Origin: a virus
DNA length: 29,435 nucleotides
Strand: one strand, 5' to 3'
Virus record (IMG/VR): IMGVR_UViG_3300022547_000006
Span: 1-29,435 of that record
In this document: piece by piece, positions 16,010-24,340 of the stretch
How positions within the stretch are numbered: position 1 is the stretch's first letter
How the letters are laid out: every line of letters starts with the position of its first letter
The notes under the pieces: generated by a model
What the model was told of the DNA's origin: nothing
What the model saw: only the letters and a program-made list of their open reading frames with translations
Databases searched by the model: none
Program-made: the position numbers and the translations under genes

Positions 16010-17518
16010 CTAGCCAATATATTCGGCGCGGTTGCCGATAAACCGACTGGCAGCCGACGCGGTGTTAGACGAAGCGAGACACGCGACCCCCGCAGCGACG
16101 CCATCAAACCAAGTGTCGCCGGCCAGCAGAATATTCGTCTGCCCCTTCTGTTTGCTGTTGAACATATCGCAGAGGTATGTGTTTGAGGCACCCGCGATTG
16201 CGTTCGGTATGAACAAGAGCGCGAGTAAATCCTCATATTCTATATTGCTCGCATATCCGAAAACGTATCCACCTACAGGATTCGTTATCGGGGCCGCAAC
16301 CGACGCTTCGTAATTGCCCGCGGTGAGCGTGCTCGTGAACACGCCCGTGCCATCACGTTTGATAATCCTATACTCAGCATCAACCGCATTGTAGCCATCA
16401 ATGAAGTTCCAGACATTACCCCAAGGGTTTTCGATGCCACGGTAGACCACTGGTGTGAGACCGTTAGTACCCGTGCCTGTGCCTGTGCCATTCGTGCCGA
16501 CATTCGTATCCGCTGAGTCTATACCGTTCAGTTCGCCTGCGAAGCCCGTTCCAGCCGCTTTGCTCACAATGCCCAACCCGAGCTTCGTCTGTGAATTGCC
16601 CGTTGCATTTTCAATGTACCAGAGCAGCTTCCACGCGCTGCGTGTCCATATATTTTCAAGGCCCCAGCCCGTTCCGATATTCTCACAGAGAGTCCGGCAA
16701 TAACCAATATTAACGATCAGTCCTGTCGGTGCGGCAGTTGCGGTACCCAATGCGACACCGTCAGCTGTAATCGCGTCTGCGGCCAGTATGCCGCAAGTAG
16801 CATCGCCCGGCTTCCTGATCCAGATGAGCGCAGTATCGCCCGCACCACCGCCGCCCCATGCACCTGCAGTCTTCAAGTACTTGTGCAACAGGAAACCGCC
16901 TTCGGTGCCCGCGATCGTTGCGCCTATTGCGGGTTCTGCACCCAGGTTATTAATCGGTATGCGCCAGAAGCAGTCTGCATTGCCGGTTAGCGGCTGCTTG
17001 CCCGTTCTTGAGTGCAGTTTCTCGTGTGCTGCATTGTACGCTTCGTTCACGCCATCGTAGTCGAAGTCGCCCGCGTAGGCCATCACGTAGATTTGGTTGC
17101 GTTCTATGCCGCCACGCATACGGAACGCAGGATGGCAGCGGAAGCCGTCGAACAGATATGGTGAGACCCAATAGCGGTAGACGTTCGCAGACGGGTTCGC
17201 GGTCTTAAAGAAATATTTAGGGATCCTGACCATGACGCGCCCGCTTGCGCCCGTGAGGTCGAGTCCATCGCCACGCGCATTCGTGCCGTATGTCGGAACG
17301 CCATCGGGTGTTAACGTGCAGCGCCACATCCTTCCCCAGATAGGATGGTTGTCAAAATAGTTAGCGGGAGGCGTAACGGTCTCGCCAAATAAATTGATGT
17401 GTCTCCATGTGTCTATGTTCTGGTTCCACTCGATGCCGATGACCCCAAATCCGATACCCCCGCCACCGATTTCTGCGAGGTTCCACTTCAGGTACTCACG
17501 GGTTATTGATCGTGGCAT
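16010..17518 (-). CDS. Virion fibre/adhesin with a C-terminal C-type-lectin (FGE-like) domain of the DGR-target type (502 aa)
   Basis: VMVRIPKY, HPAF, YRGIENPWGNVWNFIDG and GxxWxxGxxAG...IGxR terminal motif. Confidence 0.8.
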   Translation of the reverse strand: MPRSITREYLKWNLAEIGGGGIGFGVIGIEWNQNIDTWRHINLFGETVTPPANYFDNHPIWGRMWRCTLTPDGVPTYGTNARGDGLDLTGASGRVMVRIPKYFFKTANPSANVYRYWVSPYLFDGFRCHPAFRMRGGIERNQIYVMAYAGDFDYDGVNEAYNAAHEKLHSRTGKQPLTGNADCFWRIPINNLGAEPAIGATIAGTEGGFLLHKYLKTAGAWGGGGAGDTALIWIRKPGDATCGILAADAITADGVALGTATAAPTGLIVNIGYCRTLCENIGTGWGLENIWTRSAWKLLWYIENATGNSQTKLGLGIVSKAAGTGFAGELNGIDSADTNVGTNGTGTGTGTNGLTPVVYRGIENPWGNVWNFIDGYNAVDAEYRIIKRDGTGVFTSTLTAGNYEASVAAPITNPVGGYVFGYASNIEYEDLLALLFIPNAIAGASNTYLCDMFNSKQKGQTNILLAGDTWFDGVAAGVACLASSNTASAASRFIGNRAEYIG

Positions 17519-17524
17519 CTCTGA

Positions 17525-17899
17525 TTACACGAGATACAATCTCACTGTTCCCTTCTTCGCGCTACCTCCGTTCGCGATCGTGAACGTGAGCTTCGACGCG
17601 CACGCGCATAGCAGGATTTCAGGTACGCATTGCTCGACCGCGCCAATACCGCCACTATCGCGGTCCAGCCCGTGACCGCCGAGCACGTCCGCGCCGTCCT
17701 CATCAAGGATTGTGAGGTCCCAGTTCGCGGTGGGCGGCACCACACTATCTGGCTTCGTTACCACGCGCTGGACCAATCCAAAGATCTCCTGATCAGTCGT
17801 CTCGCTAGCATTCCCGCTACCGTCCGTCGTGAACGCCCATGTCCAGAGCGCAACGGGCACTTTCCCGTGTCGGTCGTCTACTGTCTTCGTTAGTGTCAT
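17525..17899 (-). CDS. Putative head accessory protein (124 aa, beta-sandwich-like)
   Basis: PTANWDLTILDEDGADVL motif; located in the head module. Confidence 0.6.
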   Translation of the reverse strand: MTLTKTVDDRHGKVPVALWTWAFTTDGSGNASETTDQEIFGLVQRVVTKPDSVVPPTANWDLTILDEDGADVLGGHGLDRDSGGIGAVEQCVPEILLCACASKLTFTIANGGSAKKGTVRLYLV

Positions 17900-17911
17900 T
17901 TTTAGTCCTCT

Positions 17912-18079
17912 TTATAACGCTCCAAGAAAGAACCCGCCCAGGCCAGCGATCAGCGCTATCGTCAGCGATAGCACTTTTCCATTGACCCCGAGCAGTAACG
18001 CAATGATCTCGATCGCCGTTATTCCCGCAATTGCGCCTAGTGTGCAGATCGTCGCGTATAGCGGGTCATCTGGTATCAT
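17912..18079 (-). CDS. 55-aa two-TM membrane protein MIPDDPLYATICTLGAIAGITAIEIIALLLGVNGKVLSLTIALIAGLGGFFLGAL (not in ORF track)
   Basis: Two hydrophobic segments; ATG overlaps the upstream stop; fills the gap to the next gene. Confidence 0.75.
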   Translation of the reverse strand: MIPDDPLYATICTLGAIAGITAIEIIALLLGVNGKVLSLTIALIAGLGGFFLGAL

Positions 18080-18288
18080 ACGTTCTTACTACCTTTCGTC
18101 GGCTTCAGCACCTCTAGCACGTTCCAGTTGAACTCCGCGAGCAGGTCCGCCTTCGAGGGCGCGAGTCGCTGCTCCACGCCGTGTTTGAAGAGCATCCCCT
18201 CGACCGTGAGGCTTCCAGAAGGTCCGACATAGCGCACGTGGAGTTTGCCGTCGCTATGCAGCATTTTCTCCAAGTTTCTCGGTTTCAT
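18076..18288 (-). CDS. Small hypothetical protein (70 aa)
   Basis: Operon-packed ORF in the head module. Confidence 0.65.
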   Translation of the reverse strand: MKPRNLEKMLHSDGKLHVRYVGPSGSLTVEGMLFKHGVEQRLAPSKADLLAEFNWNVLEVLKPTKGSKNV

Positions 18289-18304
18289 TTCTTCTCGTCT
18301 CGGC

Positions 18305-18778
18305 TCAGTCGTAGTTTCTGTTCGCCCTCACCCACCGAGTATACACACGCGCCTTACCAGCTGCGCCATCGCCCGTGCATGCTTGCGTCACTTTCGCGAA
18401 TACCTTGTTACCGCCTGCCAGGGGTAACGCGGGCGCGCCATCCGCTAATGGAGTACGCCATCGAATATCGCCTACAATATCGCCGCTCTCATCCGCAAAC
18501 TCGATCGTGCCGAGCGAGGTAGGTGTCCCCGTATTCTCGTAGATCGTGATCACCGCCTGATCCTGCGTCGCGCCGGCGAGCTGCGTCGTAACAATCGCGA
18601 ATACTTCGAGCACGAGCGAGCCGGGCGTCACCATCTTTGCTGGTATAAGCTCGATCTCTGAATTTACTTCGGTGAGCGTGAGCTCGGCGCCGCCGTGAAT
18701 GAGTTCCGCGAGATGCTCACCTTCCGGGATATACGGAACGAGCATCTGCGCGATCCTATCCTTCGTCTCTATTGGCAT
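18305..18778 (-). CDS. Putative capsid decoration protein (157 aa)
   Basis: Beta-rich protein immediately after the MCP gene. Confidence 0.55.
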   Translation of the reverse strand: MPIETKDRIAQMLVPYIPEGEHLAELIHGGAELTLTEVNSEIELIPAKMVTPGSLVLEVFAIVTTQLAGATQDQAVITIYENTGTPTSLGTIEFADESGDIVGDIRWRTPLADGAPALPLAGGNKVFAKVTQACTGDGAAGKARVYTRWVRANRNYD

Positions 18779-18818
18779 TTCTCGTTTTATCCTTCTCCAT
18801 TACGCTGTCGGTGGCAGC

Positions 18819-20000
18819 TCAACCCTTCGCGATGTACTTGATCGCCGCGTGGCAGTTGAACCGGTCCGCGATCAGGTTACCTCCGAACAGGATATCGTGG
18901 AAGATCTGCGTGTAGTCCATGCGCAGATAGTCGTTGCCCATATCGGTGTGGAAGTAGCTGATCGGCAGCGAGACTCGCAGCTCGATGTGGTCGAGGTCAA
19001 TGAAGTACAGGTTGCCCGCACCTCCACTCACAGGTACTGCAACGTTCGGATCGCTGAAGACCGGGATAGTGAGCCCATTCGTGATCAGGGAGGCGACCGG
19101 TATTCTGCCCGCGCCATGCCCGCGCCGGGTGACTACTCCGTCCTGCGTGAACTCGACCTCGTTCTGCCCGTGCAGTATCCGGCCCTTGGGGTCAATGAGC
19201 TTCTGGATCGTATTGATCGTGTCGTCGTTCGTTAGCGCGATATAGTTCCCGCTTCCGTACCTCTTCGCCGCGGCCATGATATCATCTATCATCTCTAGCG
19301 TGAGCGCGCGATTTTCCTCCGTTGCCGGGAGATCTACCTGCGCGTCCCAAGTCGTCGCCGATGAGCGGTCTATACTCTTCGAGGTTTGGGTCTGCCAGAG
19401 ATCGCAATCGCCCGCGTCAATCCATGATGCATCATCTTCCGCCTTGCAGCTTATGATACGGTCGAGCGAGTCCGGCTTGTTCGTGCTCAGCGTGTCTACG
19501 GTCTGCAGGAGCTGATAGTCGAGCAGATGTACGTACCGTTCCATATTGTACTTTCTGAGCAGCTCAGGCGTGAAGTTCGGCTTGGCCGTCCAGCCCGCTT
19601 TGAGCTGAGCCTGCATCGAGACCTTCCAGGGCAGATCCACGTAGCCCGGCTCGATGTAGTTGATATCCGAAACGTCCGGTACGTCCGTATCAACGGAGGC
19701 GAACAGCGCAGTTGTTTCAGTTACTGCCCTGAGCGTGTTCACGGTCGAGTACACGTACGGATCGGCCGGAATGTATTTGATCGAGTCGCCCTTCTCCATG
19801 TACGTCGTCTTCGGAAACAGCCGATACGCGGTCTCCGCGCGTACCGCCCATGCTTCGATCATCGCGGAATATTTCGGGTCGAAGTAGTCTGTGCGCGCGA
19901 CCAGATACGGGTCATCTGCTTTTCGGAGTAGTCCGTTCATGCCGATTTCGCGCCGATACCAGAGATCCAGGAACTCCTCAAATGTCCGTGGTGTGTCCAT
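18819..20000 (-). CDS. Major capsid protein (HK97-fold, 393 aa)
   Basis: Follows the protease/scaffold gene; size; KADxP...PKxxY..G N-terminal pattern recalled from archaeal tailed-virus MCPs; LYFIDLDHI...GNLIA C-terminal strands. Confidence 0.85.
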   Translation of the reverse strand: MDTPRTFEEFLDLWYRREIGMNGLLRKADDPYLVARTDYFDPKYSAMIEAWAVRAETAYRLFPKTTYMEKGDSIKYIPADPYVYSTVNTLRAVTETTALFASVDTDVPDVSDINYIEPGYVDLPWKVSMQAQLKAGWTAKPNFTPELLRKYNMERYVHLLDYQLLQTVDTLSTNKPDSLDRIISCKAEDDASWIDAGDCDLWQTQTSKSIDRSSATTWDAQVDLPATEENRALTLEMIDDIMAAAKRYGSGNYIALTNDDTINTIQKLIDPKGRILHGQNEVEFTQDGVVTRRGHGAGRIPVASLITNGLTIPVFSDPNVAVPVSGGAGNLYFIDLDHIELRVSLPISYFHTDMGNDYLRMDYTQIFHDILFGGNLIADRFNCHAAIKYIAKG

Positions 20001-20005
20001 TCAAA

Positions 20006-21103
20006 TCACCTATTGAAAAACTCCTTTGCGCTTCTTGCGCTCATTGCTTCCTCGATCGCCTTCGCGACAAAGGAACCGCGATCCTGCCCCGGCACCTGTG
20101 ACGGCTTATCACTCGTTTTCGTTACGATTTTGTTCGCATCAATGATTTTCTGGACCGCTGCCGCGAACTCCTCATCGCTCTTGAAGCTCACACGGACCTC
20201 GCCCGGTTTACCGCCGACCGATTCCGCGGGTGCTTCCGTCTTCGTCTCCGTTATCGGGGCCTCTTTACTCTTCAGCATTTGAGCCAGCATCGCCTTCAGC
20301 TCTTCGAGCGCGCGCATGATCATCGCCATCGGATTCTCCTCCGCGGGCGGCGCTTCTGACGTTACCGGTTCTTCCTGCTTTGCTACCTCGGTTTCCACCT
20401 TTCCTTCTTCCGTCATTTTATCGCTTTGTGGTTTTAGTACCTCCTGTTTAGCCTCTAATTCTGATTCCAACTTACCGCAGAATTCTGATTTCAACTTACC
20501 GCAGACCTTTTTGGCCGTCTCCTCGTCATACTGTTGCCGCATCTCCGCCATGCAAGCGTCCCAATCCTTCCACGGTCCGAACGGCTTTTGTATCAGCTCT
20601 GGCAGCTCTGGCTCACTTTTCGCCATAACGTTTACATGCGTGACGGCCGCGCCCGTGTTCGCAGGTGACGCGCCGACCCAGGATGCCTCGAAGATACCGA
20701 GCTTAGAAATATCGTTAAAACAAGAACCCGTGAAGTCGTCACATTTGAGCTGAGCCTCGACCTTACTGCCGCCGATGCTCATGTACCCGGGTACGCCCGC
20801 GAGATAGTAGTCCTTGATCTGCTTCCAAATCCAATCGTAGTGCGGGAATAGCCCCTCGTAATTCGTATGCGCGCCGGCCTTGATCTTGATGACGTCACCC
20901 TCGCGTTTCCAGCCGAGCGGCTCCGCAAAATTGATGAAGCTGTGTTTGTAGTGGATCACGCCGTACTTGACGAACCAGTCCATTACCTTTTCGAGCCCGG
21001 ACATCCGCACGAGCTCATGCTGGCGATCTATATCCTCCGTAGAGATGATGGCCTCAAAGATACGGTCGTTATACCACTCGCGTTCGCCGTGCCACTCACC
21101 CAT
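20006..21103 (-). CDS. Prohead protease fused to an acidic scaffold region
   Basis: D-R-Q-x-E, H, SIGG and E-x-S-x-V-x2-PAN motifs; Glu/Pro-rich C-terminal half; TATA box (21135-21127) 23 nt upstream. Confidence 0.85.
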   Translation of the reverse strand: MGEWHGEREWYNDRIFEAIISTEDIDRQHELVRMSGLEKVMDWFVKYGVIHYKHSFINFAEPLGWKREGDVIKIKAGAHTNYEGLFPHYDWIWKQIKDYYLAGVPGYMSIGGSKVEAQLKCDDFTGSCFNDISKLGIFEASWVGASPANTGAAVTHVNVMAKSEPELPELIQKPFGPWKDWDACMAEMRQQYDEETAKKVCGKLKSEFCGKLESELEAKQEVLKPQSDKMTEEGKVETEVAKQEEPVTSEAPPAEENPMAMIMRALEELKAMLAQMLKSKEAPITETKTEAPAESVGGKPGEVRVSFKSDEEFAAAVQKIIDANKIVTKTSDKPSQVPGQDRGSFVAKAIEEAMSARSAKEFFNR

Positions 21104-21147
21104 ATTTGTAGATTGGCCGAGGTTACTTATATTAATTTATCCGACCA

Positions 21148-21396
21148 CTAAACTTCGATCGTCCTGATTACAGGCTGGCATTTGTATACCTCCTCATAGG
21201 CTTCGCTAGCGGCTTCGCGTTCACTCTTACCCTTACTGATCAGTTGTGTCCGCACCTCTTCGTATTCCCGATGTAGGTATTTGAGGACGGTCTCATGCGT
21301 GACGCCATACTTCTCCGCAAGCTGCCCCATCGACATGTACCGGACGTCATTACGCATCTCTGCGACCTGCTCGCGACTGAGCTTCAGAGGTTTCAT
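21148..21396 (-). CDS. HTH DNA-binding protein (82 aa)
   Basis: MSMGQLAEKYGVTHETVLKYL; ATG 21396 overlaps the upstream TGA. Confidence 0.75.
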   Translation of the reverse strand: MKPLKLSREQVAEMRNDVRYMSMGQLAEKYGVTHETVLKYLHREYEEVRTQLISKGKSEREAASEAYEEVYKCQPVIRTIEV

Positions 21397-21941
21397 CGCC
21401 CCTTTACCTCCCGGAGCCGCGCCGTAACGTCTTCCGCGAGATGCGCCTTGATCTCCTCCGCCGCCGGACGCATGAACGGCCGCGGCTCTAGGCTGTGCGC
21501 CTTGATATCCTTTGCGATATAGAACGCGATCGCCCACCAGTCAGAATCGCGCGTCTTCACCGAGCCGATGATACCCTTCTTCAGCATCCACCGCTTAATT
21601 CCCGTGAGCGACTCGGGATCGCGCGGCGTGAGCTTATGCCGGCGGACCCATTCATAGATCACCTTCAGAGGTGGCATCTTGTCCGTGTACGTTGCTCCGA
21701 ACTCGACGTAGATCGCGTGTAGCGCATCGTAGCTGATTATACGTTCTAACTCACGCGGCTTCGTGATATGCCCGCTCTGAAGTAACGTGCCGCGGTCAAA
21801 GCTCTGCTTCGTAACGAGCTCCTGCGACAGCTGGAAACCGCGATCGGTCGAGTCCCCGATCCCCAGGTCTATCGCATCAAGTAGCGTATCGGTAAGTTCC
21901 TCTAGCCCTTCTAGCTTCACTGTGATTTTACTCGTTATCAT
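21393..21941 (-). CDS. HK97 gp10-like (putative neck/tail-completion) protein
   Basis: VKLEGLEEL, GTLLQSG, AIYVEFG and PRPFMRPA motifs. Confidence 0.8.
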   Translation of the reverse strand: MITSKITVKLEGLEELTDTLLDAIDLGIGDSTDRGFQLSQELVTKQSFDRGTLLQSGHITKPRELERIISYDALHAIYVEFGATYTDKMPPLKVIYEWVRRHKLTPRDPESLTGIKRWMLKKGIIGSVKTRDSDWWAIAFYIAKDIKAHSLEPRPFMRPAAEEIKAHLAEDVTARLREVKGR

Positions 21942-22087
21942 TTCCTTTTAGGTTTGAAGAGGATTTCGGCGAGTCGCTGCTCATAATACCGTACATCCTC
22001 TCTCAGCTTCGCTAGCTCCGCTTCCTGAGCCGCGCATTCCTGGCCGGTCACGCAACCCGCGAAACATCGTAGGAACTTAGCTAGCAT
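21938..22087 (-). CDS. 49-aa Cys-containing coiled-coil ORF (start uncertain; the ORF track starts at 22120)
   Basis: Its stop overlaps the next ATG; coiled-coil tail. Confidence 0.5.
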   Translation of the reverse strand: MLAKFLRCFAGCVTGQECAAQEAELAKLREDVRYYEQRLAEILFKPKRK

Positions 22088-22158
22088 CGTACCGTGCCCT
22101 CGTCGCCGCACATTCGACATACGCCTTTGTTCGCCTTCAGGCCGATCTTGATGCTCAT
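22081..22158 (-). CDS. 25-aa ORF MSIKIGLKANKGVCRMCGDEGTVRC (not in ORF track)
   Basis: G-rich RBS-like run before ATG 22158; CxxC motif; overlaps the next ORF. Confidence 0.35.
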   Translation of the reverse strand: MSIKIGLKANKGVCRMCGDEGTVRC

Positions 22159-22176
22159 TTATCCCCCCCCCTCACT

Positions 22177-24309
22177 CTACACTACACGCACGAAGCTCGA
22201 CCGGCAGCCGTAATGAGCCACGAACTCGCGCACGTACCTGAAGCGCGAGCCCGTCTCCTCTGCGAACCGTTCTGACTCCGCCTTCACAATCTCTTTTAGC
22301 TTCGCGAGCGGAACGCCCTTTACGGTCCGGTCTACAATCCGCCGGCAACATTCAGTTGTCCGCGCGTCCTTTGGATTGAGCCACTTGTACCGCCATTCGC
22401 CCGCGGGATCGCGTTCCACGTAATCGAGCTCGCGCGCCTTGTTCAGTACCGCGGACATCTCCGTACGGCCGATGATATCTGCACGCGCCTCGGTGAGCCC
22501 GAGCTCCTTGATGAGATCCTCGCGGATCTTGCGCAAGCTGATGTTCGGCTGCGTGAAGTGCCGCGTGAGGATTTGATTCACGAGGTCGGACTCTTGGCCC
22601 GTAAGCCCGTAATATTCCTGCCAGAGCGTGCCCGCGTAGATTGCCTCATAGACCTGCTCCCAACGCGCCTTTACCAGCAACTCTTCTTCAGGTAGATACA
22701 GCCAGTCCTCCCCAAATTGGCCGAGCCCGGGGGCCGTGTGGGCCCGACCCCCGGGCTCAAGTTGTGTGGTATCGTTAGGTCTGAATAAGGTTATTTCGTC
22801 CTGCCGCATCTGCAGGTCGTCATACGCCTGCGCTTTACGTGCGATTTCGCCAGCTGCGAATGGCGACGGCATCGTTACATCGGGCCGCGAGGCGGACCCG
22901 GAGAAGACGAACTCGCCATTCTCGTCTAGCTCTACCGCGAAGCCCATATCGAGCATCGCGCGCGCATTCTGGATCTTCATACTCTCGATGGTAAGCTTCT
23001 TCTGCTCGCTTTCAGCGGTCGGCGGCTTCAGCGTGAGCTTCCAGTCCGTAACACCCATCGTAGTGAGGAGCTGAGGGAGTACCTTCTCGTTGTACGTCAT
23101 CTGCTTCGCTTTTGCGCGGTCCTCCTGGACGAGGAGCTGTTGCCCCTCGCCAGAAAGTGCCGAGGATCTTTCGACATCTGCAGCGTAGAGCGGAACGACA
23201 CCGTAGACCGTATTGATCGTCTTCTTGATCTGGTCGCGTGTGTCAATATTTGTGAGGTCCGCGACCGAGTCATCGGTGAGCGATATCTTCTGTACTGTGC
23301 CGTGGCCCGTCTGCGACTCGATACCGACGAATGGGACCTCACCGGCTTTCGATTGTTCGATGATTTCCGCCTTTACCTTATTGAGCGCTGCGGGATTGCT
23401 CGTCGTGACCGCGATGATGTCTTTCGGAAGGACCTTGTTCCAGAAACGCTCGTAGAGCTCATCATCCATACCCCATTCGACGAGGACCGACTTGAGGATT
23501 GCGTAGATGGGAGAATAGCCTTTCGGATCGTAGAAATGCCAGTCAATGAATTCTTTCTGCGCGTAGTATCGCTTTGTACCTTTTTTATCGTCGTACACAT
23601 ACCATGCCTGGAGAAGTGGCGTGCTGCACTTGATACAGTATCCTGGTTCGCTATATATCCGGTCTCGATGCTGGATGCAGAAGTATTCGCGTACATGCCG
23701 ACCCTCTTTATCGAGATTATGCGTGACGAGCTCCGGCGGAATTGATTCAATTGCCGTGACTCGCTTGCCCGCGAAGCTGGGCTTGCCGTCATCCGTGAGC
23801 GAGTTGAGCTCGTATTCAGTTTCGAGCCAGAGTACCGCCGTGTCTACTTGATTTATCTGATCCTCTGCCTCTTCGAGCACCTCCTGAAGCGACTGGTCGT
23901 ACTCATTGACGTCGTGGAAGAAGTCTTCTGCATTCTCTTGCTGCTTCTGGTCCGGCTCGCGGGTCGTGGCGCCGCAACGTTCGCAGGTCGGTATCTTCTG
24001 CTCGAACTCCGCGCCGCACTTCGTGCACTTACTGCCGAAGCGAGGGAGCCACTCGAAGCCGTTTTTAAACACACACTCGCGGAGAGTAATTCGGGCATTT
24101 AGAATGCTCGATGTGTCGCGGCAGATTTGGCGAAGTTCCGGGAATTGGTACTGTTGGTATTCGCGCTGATAATCATCGAGTGTTTTTTGTTTCGGTTTGT
24201 TCTGCGTGAGCGCAATGCGCCAACTAGCCTTCGCGAAAGTTGATGCTGTGTCCATGCGCGGCCCGCCTTTTCGGAAGATCAGGGGTAACTTGAGATCGAA
24301 AAGACCCAT
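22177..24309 (-). CDS. Portal protein with Zn-ribbon insertions, fused to a C-terminal MuF (SPP1 gp7-like) domain
   Basis: Follows TerL. Portal core pattern (GxSPI, FxNxxxP, FGVxPL-like YGVVPL). C-terminal RAxxIGRTE...KW...DARTTxxC...HYGCRS. Confidence 0.88.
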   Translation of the reverse strand: MGLFDLKLPLIFRKGGPRMDTASTFAKASWRIALTQNKPKQKTLDDYQREYQQYQFPELRQICRDTSSILNARITLRECVFKNGFEWLPRFGSKCTKCGAEFEQKIPTCERCGATTREPDQKQQENAEDFFHDVNEYDQSLQEVLEEAEDQINQVDTAVLWLETEYELNSLTDDGKPSFAGKRVTAIESIPPELVTHNLDKEGRHVREYFCIQHRDRIYSEPGYCIKCSTPLLQAWYVYDDKKGTKRYYAQKEFIDWHFYDPKGYSPIYAILKSVLVEWGMDDELYERFWNKVLPKDIIAVTTSNPAALNKVKAEIIEQSKAGEVPFVGIESQTGHGTVQKISLTDDSVADLTNIDTRDQIKKTINTVYGVVPLYAADVERSSALSGEGQQLLVQEDRAKAKQMTYNEKVLPQLLTTMGVTDWKLTLKPPTAESEQKKLTIESMKIQNARAMLDMGFAVELDENGEFVFSGSASRPDVTMPSPFAAGEIARKAQAYDDLQMRQDEITLFRPNDTTQLEPGGRAHTAPGLGQFGEDWLYLPEEELLVKARWEQVYEAIYAGTLWQEYYGLTGQESDLVNQILTRHFTQPNISLRKIREDLIKELGLTEARADIIGRTEMSAVLNKARELDYVERDPAGEWRYKWLNPKDARTTECCRRIVDRTVKGVPLAKLKEIVKAESERFAEETGSRFRYVREFVAHYGCRSSFVRVV

Positions 24310-24330
24310 GGTATTAGATTATTTAGTTCG

Positions 24331-24340
24331 CGATATAAAG
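24331..24340 (-). promoter_or_regulatory. TATA box (TTTATAT) of the portal operon; leaderless transcript predicted
   Basis: 23 nt upstream of ATG 24309, the same spacing as for the protease, RHH and secreted-protein genes. Confidence 0.65.

Noticed and set aside
5016-22179. Frequent TAG stops suggesting amber recoding (pyrrolysine or code reassignment)
   Set aside because: The TAGs fall at expected protein ends and are followed closely by the next gene, and no long ORF is interrupted.
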